Of a DNA stretch of 11,395 nucleotides, positions 1-7,900 are shown piece after piece. A program made the translations under genes and the position numbers. The notes under the pieces are model-generated. The model ran no database searches. It had not been told where the DNA came from and saw only the letters and a list, made by a program, of their open reading frames with translations. The DNA lies in assembly GCA_048941265.1 (NCBI GenBank), contig JBHLNT010000133.1, positions 1 to 11,395 on the forward strand, given 5' to 3'. The DNA is from Promethearchaeota archaeon. Lineage in GTDB: Archaea; Asgardarchaeota; Lokiarchaeia; Sigyniarchaeales; SOKP01. Numbering within the stretch: the stretch's first letter is position 1; every line of letters starts with the position of its first letter.

Positions 1-61
1 ATATTCCACATATATTTAAATTTTCTTATAAAATACTTTGGCAAATCTTATTGATCGATCT

Positions 62-85
62 TTTTCATATGAAAACATTTAAATA
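62..85 (+). promoter_or_regulatory. Perfect 14-bp palindrome TTTTCATATGAAAA (62-75) next to a candidate TATA box TTTAAATA (78-85), upstream of the V4R/roadblock cluster
   Basis: Both motifs read directly from the sequence. The AT-rich background makes a chance occurrence plausible. Confidence 0.3.
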
Positions 86-218
86 TTAATTCTATTATTT
101 CTTGTTTAATATGAAAAATTTATTATAAAAAAGGTTTTTATAACAAAAAGATTTGAAAAACATAAAATTTAAAATAATTTATAAAAAAAAAAAAAAATAA
201 AAAAAGGAGTGAAGTATT

Positions 219-695
219 ATGCCAAGCTATAAACAACTGGTAGATTTTACTAATGCTTTAACCGGTGTTACAATTGAATCTCTATTAGATATGGGTTTAA
301 CGATTCCTTTAATGTGGAATCAAATGGCTAATTCATTTGTTAAAGACGGAGTCAAAAATTTATTAAAAGATTCTGGATTAGAATTTGGAGGCTCTGATAT
401 CAAGTCGATTACAGAAAATTTTGTTAGTAAAATTAAGGATGTTGGTTTTTGCCAAAGAGCAAATATATTGGAAATTTCTGATGATAAGATAGTTATTGAC
501 CTTGGTGAATGTGTTTTGGCACCTATAACAAAAGTGATAAGGGGAAATGATTTAAACAAAATCCCTCCCTGTCCAATGATGGCTTTATTGTATGGTGCTA
601 TAGAAGAAAAAACGGGAAAAAGAGGTTCAATTGAAAAGGCAGAATGGAAACCTGAAGAAAATACCACAATATTTACACTTCAACTAGAGGGGTGA
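219..695 (+). CDS. V4R / methanogen-output-domain (MetOD1)-like protein of the H-NOX/V4R/Bet3 fold, 158 aa
   Basis: ATG with SD GGAGTGA at 206-212. The pattern GFC..(DKIVIDLGEC)..PPCP..LLYGAIEEKTG..IFTL resembles V4R-type domains. Cys78, Cys98 and Cys118 are present; the usual C-terminal Cys pair is absent. Confidence 0.6.
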   Translation: MPSYKQLVDFTNALTGVTIESLLDMGLTIPLMWNQMANSFVKDGVKNLLKDSGLEFGGSDIKSITENFVSKIKDVGFCQRANILEISDDKIVIDLGECVLAPITKVIRGNDLNKIPPCPMMALLYGAIEEKTGKRGSIEKAEWKPEENTTIFTLQLEG

Positions 696-702
696 GCAAC
701 AA

Positions 703-828
703 ATGGCAAAGTCAGACTGTAAGTATGCAGGGGATGAAAATGCTGATGGTTTAGTCTGGTGCGAGAAAAAAAACATTTATGTTACTGCTAAAGAAAAAGA
801 CACTTGTGAATTTTATGAAAAATTATAA
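703..828 (+). CDS. Uncalled 41-aa Cys-containing microprotein MAKSDCKYAGDENADGLVWCEKKNIYVTAKEKDTCEFYEKL
   Basis: Translated by hand. ATG at 703 with SD GGGGTGA (689-695) overlapping the upstream TGA; double stop TAATAA. It fills the gap between two co-oriented genes. Cys spacing C-x13-C-x14-C-x2-Y. Confidence 0.8.
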   Translation: MAKSDCKYAGDENADGLVWCEKKNIYVTAKEKDTCEFYEKL

Positions 829-849
829 TAATCTTAAGGTGAAAAAGAA

Positions 850-1215
850 ATGAGTGCTAAAGAAGAAAAAATAAAACAAATTTTATTGGATTTAGAAAAG
901 AACTCAGAAGTATCAAATAGCGCTTTAATATCATTAAAAGGTCAAATGATGGCTAGTGCCTTACATAGAGATATTGACGAAAAGGCGGTTGCTGCAATGA
1001 CAGCAGCTTTAACTTCAGTCGGAACAAGAGTTGCAGATACATTAAATTCAGGTAAAACAGGTTCAATAGTAATAACTGGATCTGATAGAGTCATTATCTT
1101 ACATCAATTAGCCCAAGCTGTTCTGATTGCATTAGCACCTGCAGATGCGAAAATTGGCTTAATTGATTTCGAGATAAATGCTGCGCTAGATCAATTAAAA
1201 ATGGTTTTAGGTTAA
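850..1215 (+). CDS. Roadblock/LC7 (MglB/LAMTOR-like) domain protein, 121 aa
   Basis: SD GGTGA at 838-842. Roadblock pattern: helix (IKQILLDLEK), ALISLKGQMMAS, helix (VAAMTAAL), IVITG, VLIALA, C-terminal helix (KIGLIDFEI). Confidence 0.92.
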   Translation: MSAKEEKIKQILLDLEKNSEVSNSALISLKGQMMASALHRDIDEKAVAAMTAALTSVGTRVADTLNSGKTGSIVITGSDRVIILHQLAQAVLIALAPADAKIGLIDFEINAALDQLKMVLG

Positions 1216-1235
1216 AAATTACATATAATTAAAAA

Positions 1236-1246
1236 TTTTTTTTTTT
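1236..1246 (+). terminator. Oligo-T (T11) candidate archaeal terminator after the first three genes
   Basis: T11 run 20 nt downstream of the 1215 stop. Archaeal intrinsic terminators are oligo-T tracts. Confidence 0.35.
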
Positions 1247-1300
1247 AAATTTACTTCATCAAAAAATTAAAATTATTGAAATAATAGACAAGAAAAAATC

Positions 1301-1753
1301 ATGTCAGATATAAGAAATAATATGATAAATTTTTTAGATGAGTTCATTACTAATACAAAAGTCTCAAGTGCAACATTAATTACAGAAGATGGGTTAGTAA
1401 TTGCATCAAATAGCGAACAGAACGATCAAGAAGAGGAAGTGAATATAAATTTTGCTGCGATATCTGCAAGTATCTTATCTATGGCAGAGAAAGGAATAGA
1501 GATTATCAATAAGAATAAAATACTTGAACAAATTAAAATTGATGCTGGTTTTAATAATAGTATTGAGGCTGATTTTTCGATATTAATTACAAGAGTTTTT
1601 TCAAATGTATTGATTCAAGTAATTTATCCTAAAAAAGTAAATATAGGATTAATTCAATTTGAGACAAGTAAATTAATTAATGAGATAAAAAGCTACTTTA
1701 AAGAAAAAACTATAAGAGAAGAAGTTTTTGAAAATTTAGGTTCTCTCCTATAA
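1301..1753 (+). CDS. Roadblock/LC7 domain protein, 150 aa
   Basis: SATLITEDGLVIAS, FAAISASILSMAE, EQIKIDA and VNIGLIQFET match the roadblock consensus, with a short C-terminal extension. Confidence 0.92.
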   Translation: MSDIRNNMINFLDEFITNTKVSSATLITEDGLVIASNSEQNDQEEEVNINFAAISASILSMAEKGIEIINKNKILEQIKIDAGFNNSIEADFSILITRVFSNVLIQVIYPKKVNIGLIQFETSKLINEIKSYFKEKTIREEVFENLGSLL

Positions 1754-1782
1754 TTAAAAATAAAATTAGAATATTTAACTAC

Positions 1783-3186
1783 ATGTTTTTAGAGTTTATA
1801 AAGAATATGACGAAAAAAAATGATGTTATGGAACATAATCCTTCAAATAATAAGATAGAAAAATTAATTGAAAAAGAAAAAAGAAGTTACGTTCAAAATG
1901 TTAAAAATGAGATTCTCAAGGAAGGAGAATTTAGTCCTGAAGTAAAAGAGGTTCTTGATGATGCTTTTACAGAAATTATAGAAGATAACACAGAAGAAAA
2001 AACAGAAAATCTAAGTATTAACTCTCTAAAAAATAATAAAAAAGGAGTTAAATTACATTTTGATGAAAGAGTGAACAACATTAGTGAAAAATCAGAAGTT
2101 ATTGCTGAATCCGATGATAAAGATTTAGAAACAATATATCAAAAAAAATTAAGTGAATTAGAAGAAAAAATTGAGAATTATAATATAAGATATCAAAAAT
2201 TAGAAGAAACAATACAAGAATATGAAGATAGAGATAAAAAATTAGTGGAAAAGCGAAAGGAATTTGAGGTTTCTATAAATGAATTTAGACAAAAAACCAA
2301 AGCTGTAGAAAAGAGTAAAGAGGAATTTAAAGATAAAAGTGAAAAATTGAGGGAAGCTAGAGAACATTTTTTAAAATTAACAAGACAAGTCGAAGAGAAA
2401 AAGAATGATCTTGAAAAAAGAGATAAAGAATTAAAGAAATTACAATGGATATTGGAGAAAAATAAATATGACCTTGAAAAAGATAAAATAGATCTAGAGA
2501 GAGAGAAGTTAGAATTTGAACTTTTAAGATCTGACCTAGAGCGGAAAGTAAAAGAAGGGGACTTAAAAAATTACAATGAATTTACAAAAGATAAAGTAAG
2601 TGTTATTGAAGGAGATAAGAAATTAAGAGGGAAGGCGGAATTTTTAAGGGATCTTTTAGAAGAATTGACAAATGATGGAATTTTTCAAGCAAGCTTTCTA
2701 ATAGATGATAAAGGGATGATAGTTTCAGAACATTCTAATAAATTATATGATGCAATGGCAATAGGAGCAATGTTCTCATTAATTTGTACAAATGCAATAA
2801 GAACTGTAAATAGTCTAAATTTGCAAGAATTAGGTTATTTCAAGTTGTCTTCAACAAAAGGGGAATTTATGGCTAAAAATATTAATTTAAGTAATTATGA
2901 AAGAACTCTTATACTTCTTGCATATTATGATGAAGACTCTCTGGTTAATACAAAAAGAGGACAGAAATTGAGTAAAAAGACAATTAATAAAATTATGAAA
3001 AGTATAAAAGAAGATTTTTACGAATTTGGTCAAGGTAAAGAGATTTCGTGGGTTTTTGAAAATTTAACAAACAGAATTAATTTTTTGAAAAAGAAATATG
3101 TTTCAGTTAATAAAAATATTGAACAAAAAAGGCTGGATTCATTAAATAAAACTTCAATTGGAATTAAAGAAATATTTGAATCTTAA
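1783..3186 (+). CDS. Long coiled-coil protein with a C-terminal roadblock/LC7 domain, 467 aa
   Basis: aa ~113-258 are E/K-rich heptads. aa ~285-383 are roadblock-like (LRDLLEEL..ASFLIDDKGMIVS..AIGAMFSLI..FKLSSTKG..LILLAY). The terminal helix LNKTSIGIKEIF follows a ~60-aa insert. Confidence 0.85.
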   Translation: MFLEFIKNMTKKNDVMEHNPSNNKIEKLIEKEKRSYVQNVKNEILKEGEFSPEVKEVLDDAFTEIIEDNTEEKTENLSINSLKNNKKGVKLHFDERVNNISEKSEVIAESDDKDLETIYQKKLSELEEKIENYNIRYQKLEETIQEYEDRDKKLVEKRKEFEVSINEFRQKTKAVEKSKEEFKDKSEKLREAREHFLKLTRQVEEKKNDLEKRDKELKKLQWILEKNKYDLEKDKIDLEREKLEFELLRSDLERKVKEGDLKNYNEFTKDKVSVIEGDKKLRGKAEFLRDLLEELTNDGIFQASFLIDDKGMIVSEHSNKLYDAMAIGAMFSLICTNAIRTVNSLNLQELGYFKLSSTKGEFMAKNINLSNYERTLILLAYYDEDSLVNTKRGQKLSKKTINKIMKSIKEDFYEFGQGKEISWVFENLTNRINFLKKKYVSVNKNIEQKRLDSLNKTSIGIKEIFES

Positions 3187-3324
3187 TTTTCACTATTGAA
3201 GGAAGTAAAGCACGAAATCCGGTTGAACTGAATCTGATTGTATAAAAATTTAACGTCAAATGGGTATTTATCTATTTGAGTTTTTTTGGATTTATTTTCA
3301 ATCGGAATTTTAGTTAAAAATTAT

Positions 3325-3795
3325 ATGAGAAAAATTGTTATATTTATGTATGAAAGTAGATAACATATCTCCCCGCTTTTGGGGTCGAAAGATATGTTGA
3401 ATCCACGTTTCTCTCATGAATATATGTTAGCTTTTTTTAAAAAATTTTGTGAGAGGATTCAAACCCGAATGCGGAAGCTTAAAAAGACTAAAAATACAAA
3501 TGTTGAAGCTGACGACTTCTTAAGATTTTCTATTTACTCCAAAATTAGCGGAGGATTTATAAGAAACGCCAACGAAAGGTTAATCCAATACTTTTTAAGT
3601 AAACGTAAAGGAAAACGGAAAAATTATAACGATGGAGTGAAAAAAGGAGAGGTAGCCCACCAAACTGATGTTAATAGATATATAAGGAAGATTGGATTTC
3701 AGAAAGCGAAAATTTTATTATGGTAATGTCTTTTTTGGCAATTAAAGGATGCAATGGAATAGAATCTTAGCTCAAATAGGGTAAATTTTTTTTAA
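3325..3795 (+). pseudogene. Degenerate N-terminal fragment of a probable DDE transposase (ISH3/IS4-like)
   Basis: One reading frame MRKIVIFMYESR*HISPLLGSKDMLNPRF...VAHQTDVNRYIRKIGFQKAKILLW*CLFWQLKDAME*NLSSNRVNFF* with in-frame stops at 3361, 3724 and 3760. It is basic, has a HQTDVNRYIRK helix like the pre-catalytic P-x-x-T-x-x-R helix of IS4-superfamily transposases, and ends about where the first catalytic Asp strand would start. It includes the ORF-track entry 3379..3726. Confidence 0.6.
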
Positions 3796-4066
3796 AAAAA
3801 ATTATTTGATTAAAATGTTTAATCTTAAAATTTAAATTGAAAATTAAAAAAGACTGTAAATTTCATCTTAACGTTGCCATTAATAAAGAAGAAATATTTC
3901 CAATCGCTTTCTTTTAAAAAAATTAAAAATAAAATTTTAAAAAAAAAATAAATAATATTAATCCAAAATTCAAATTTAATACATAAAAAAATAATAAAAA
4001 ATTCATTTATATAAAAAAATATTTTAGTAGAATAATTATTTTTAAATGATTTGAATAAGATTAATT

Positions 4067-4915
4067 TTGGTGATTATTATTAGTAAAAAGAATGATTTAA
4101 CCAATGAAATGAAGAAATATGAAAAAGAGACGGGGAGAAAGGCTAAATGGCGAGGAAAAATAACAGAGAGATTTAAAAAATGGTTGGAAGGAGAAAAAGT
4201 ATATGGTATCGACAAAAAAGGTATAGGTATATTAGTTTCTGAAAAAACTAAGACCGAATGGGAGGATTTTGCTGAAATTTACGGATTTTCTACAATTTCA
4301 AGATTAATTAGGAAAGCAGTTAATTTTTATATTGATTTTATAGTTAATAAAAAAAATATTAAAGATTTTTCTAAACTCTCTCATGATTTAAAAGAACCTC
4401 TAACCTCGATACAAGGTTTTTTACAATTAATCATAGAAAATGAAGCAGAAAATTTAAAGCCTGATATTTTGGTAAAAATAAGAGATATTTACACGCAAAG
4501 TATACTTCTTGAAAATAAAATAAATGAAATTTTTGAGAATTATGATGAAAAAAGCACGTCGTATGATATATTAATAGTTGAAGATGATAAATTCACAATA
4601 ACTGTATTAAATGATTATTTTGAATCAAAAGGTTATAAAATTATGGGTGTTCAGACAGGAGCTCAAGGTTTGGAAGAATTAAAAAGATATAAACCAAAAT
4701 TGATTTTATTGGACATAATATTACCTGATATTTATGGTTATGAAATTTGTAAAAAAATTAAAACTGATAATAAATTTAAATCTATACCCGTTTACTATAT
4801 CACAGCAGTTCCGGAAGCGGATGTTCAAAAAAATATGGAAGAAACAGGTGCAGATGGTTTTTTTTTAAAACCATTTAAATTTAATAAATTTGAAAGCCTT
4901 TTTAATTATTTATAA
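4067..4915 (+). CDS. Response regulator with atypical architecture: basic N-terminal motif, ribbon-helix-helix, HisKA (DHp), receiver; no HATPase domain
   Basis: REC: ILIVEDD (172-174), LILLD216, T246, K268-P. H-box: LSH106DLKEPLTSIQGF. RHH-like: KGIGILVSEKTKTEWEDFAEIYGFSTISRLIRKAVNFY (aa 51-88). Start uncertain (TTG 4067, GTG 4070, ATG 4109). Confidence 0.9.
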   Translation: MVIIISKKNDLTNEMKKYEKETGRKAKWRGKITERFKKWLEGEKVYGIDKKGIGILVSEKTKTEWEDFAEIYGFSTISRLIRKAVNFYIDFIVNKKNIKDFSKLSHDLKEPLTSIQGFLQLIIENEAENLKPDILVKIRDIYTQSILLENKINEIFENYDEKSTSYDILIVEDDKFTITVLNDYFESKGYKIMGVQTGAQGLEELKRYKPKLILLDIILPDIYGYEICKKIKTDNKFKSIPVYYITAVPEADVQKNMEETGADGFFLKPFKFNKFESLFNYL

Positions 4916-4930
4916 TTTCTAATTAACTTT

Positions 4931-7900
4931 TTATCGAGTTTCCGCTTGATAAATTATAGGTATCCTTATTATGAACTTTGATCCTTTATTTCTTCCTTTT
5001 GATTCAACCCATATCTTTCCATCGTGTAATTCTATAATTTCTTTAGAAATATATAATCCAAGTCCTGTTCCTTCTGTTATAATATTTGAACCTTTGCCAT
5101 AGCGCTCTATTTTTCCAAATTTTTTAAAAATTTTGTTTTTTTCCTCTTCAGTGAATCCAATGCCACTATCAATTATATAAATTTCAACAAACTGGGTAAA
5201 AACCTTTGCGTTAATTGATATTAATCCTTTTGGAGGTGTGTAATATAATGCATTAGCTATTAAATTTTCTAATACTTGCTCGATCCTTATTTTATCAACC
5301 ATAATATAAATATCTTTATCAATAATTAGATTTATTCGCATCTCTCTTTCTTGAATTAAATAAAATAAATCCTTAAGGATTTCTTTAATTATTTCAGTAA
5401 TATTTTCTTTCTGAATGTTTAACTCGAATTTTCCAGATTCAATCTTTGAGACATCTAATAGATTTTTTATTAAAAACTCTAATCTTTCTCCACCCTTTAT
5501 TATTATTTTAATAAGATTCAATGCTCTACTGTCTAATTTGGTTTTATGTAATTCTAATAGAAGATTTGAAGCGCTACTAATTGAATTAAGAGGAGTTTTT
5601 AATTCATGAGAAGCTCTATAGACAAACTCATTTTTCAATATATCAAGTTCCTTTAATTTGTTAATTTCCTCTCTGATAATTTTTTCAGCCTTTTTTTGTT
5701 CAGTAATGTCTCTTAATAACCCACAAAAGCCAATTTTTAAATTTCCAACATCATATCTTAAATATAGAGAAGTTTCGATAAATATATTTTTAAGGTTTTT
5801 ATTTAAGATTTCAAATTGAAAATTCGTATGAGGTATTCCTGTTTTATAAACTTTATAAAAAAATTGTCTTACTTTCTTATTTGTATCCTCATCCATAAAT
5901 TTATTAAAATTTGTACCTATTAACTCGCTATTAGAATATCCTAACATTTGGCATAGAGCTTTGTTTAGAAAAGTAAAATTTCCTTGGAGACTTACTTCAA
6001 AATACCCTTCTTTTATATTTTCAAGTATATCCTCAGATTTTTTTTCATATTCCATCATTTTGTTCATATACTCATGCTTTTCTGAAATGTCTCGAATATA
6101 TTCAACTATCCCAGTGATTTCACCCGTCTCCTGTTCTTTAAAAGGAAAAATAAATATTTCTATTATCCCATCATTTTGAAAATTACGCTGTTTTTTTGTT
6201 GCAATTTTAATATAAGGTTCATTTGTTACAACTGATTTAAAACAATAGCAATCTTCACACGGCTCTGAAGAACGGCAAAATAATTTAAAACATTTCTTTC
6301 CTACTATAGGTGTTGCATGAGAATACCACTCTTCCATTTTAGGATTTACTTGAAGAATATTATGATTCTTATCAATTATACAAATGCCATCTTGAATACT
6401 CATAAAAACATCTGAAAGGAATTTTTTACTTTTTTTTAATGCTTCCACTGCCCTTATTTTAGATACAACAGAGCCTAACTCTCGTCCTATGGACAATAGT
6501 AGGTCTTTTTCTTGGATTGGGAAATTATGTTTGCTTTTTGTTGCAACATTCAAAAACCCTACAAGGTTTTTATTTGTGACTAGAGGGATACTAGCTAAAG
6601 TTAAAAAGCCATATTTTTCTGCAGTCTGAAAATCAATTTTATAATAATTCTCAGAAAAAATAGTTTTCCCATTTTTAAATATAATATTATATGGACTTAC
6701 ATCGATATTTTTCCATTTCTCATTTTCAATAAATTCATTTGAAAGATTTTTATGACAAAATAATTCTGCATGCTTCATATTATCAGTAATTATATATATA
6801 CATCCTCCATCAAAATTCATTAGCTCAAGAGTTGAGGCTAAAACATCATTTAATATTTTTGAGAGATCTTCGTTTTTACTTCCTGATTTGATAATTCGAT
6901 TGATTAATTCTAATCTTCTAGTATGTTCTTTTAATGCGGATTCGGAATTTTTAAGATCTGTGATATCTGTAGAAATTACTAAAATAGCTGGTTTTTTATT
7001 ATAGATAATATTACTAATAATGTAATTAATCCATTTTCCATTTCCTTTTTTCGTTATAATTCTATTTTGAAATTCTGCATATATTTTATTATTTCTTAAC
7101 TTTATTTTTTTTAATTGCTTTAAAGTCTCTTCTTTGTCAGAAGGATGAACAAATTTAAAATACTCAAAGGGATTCAATCCTAATAACTCGCTGGCATCAC
7201 ATTCAAGGATTAATTCGACCTGATGATTAATATATTTTACAGTGTTATCTTGAATAATTCCAATTCCTATTAAGGATTGTTCGGCAATAGTTCTAAATTT
7301 TTCTTCCGACTCTCTTAATTTTTGTTCTGCTTCTTTCTTCTCTGTGATATCAAAGAGAGTTAATAAATCTGCGGATTTACCCCTATATATGATTGGTTTA
7401 GAATAATTATCTACCCATATTATTTCTCCTGACTTTTTAAATCCCCGATACTGGTAATGAGCAATTATATCTTGTTCCCCTCTCTGTTTTTTTAAAAACT
7501 GTTTTAAAGCAAAAGCTCTATCATTTGGATGTATAACTTTTATAGCATCTTTAAGTCCCCATTGCATCATTTCTTCGATGCTATATCCCCAGATATCCGC
7601 ATATGTTTTATTTATATATTTAATTTTATTATCTTGGGCTATACATATGCCCATCAAAGATTGTTCGGTAATAGTTCTAAATTTTTCTTCCGATTCTCTC
7701 AATTTTTCTTCTACTAATTTACGATTAGTTATATCCAAAATAATTCCTTGATAATGAGTTATTTCACCTTCAGAATTCCTTCTTATCCAAGTACGGTCAT
7801 CTAACCAACGAGTTTTACCTGATTTTGTTAAGATTCGATATTCTTGAACAAATTCTTTTCGTTGTTCTTCTTCACTATATTTAGAGACTTCCTTTCCAAC

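Noticed and set aside
320-667. 115-aa minus-strand ORF
   Set aside because: Antisense shadow of the SD-led 219..695 gene, with no motif.
693-722. Selenocysteine/readthrough of the TGA fusing the V4R-like gene to the microprotein
   Set aside because: Readthrough is in a different frame from the microprotein and stops at TAA after 8 codons. The TGA is explained as part of the GGTGA SD.
1893-2081. 62-aa minus-strand ORF
   Set aside because: Antisense to the coiled-coil gene; its F/L/S-rich composition simply mirrors the K/E codons.
3325-3795. Stop-codon recoding or an alternative genetic code
   Set aside because: Internal stops are mixed TAA/TAG, and neighbouring intact genes end normally in TAA/TGA. 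Decay is the simpler explanation.
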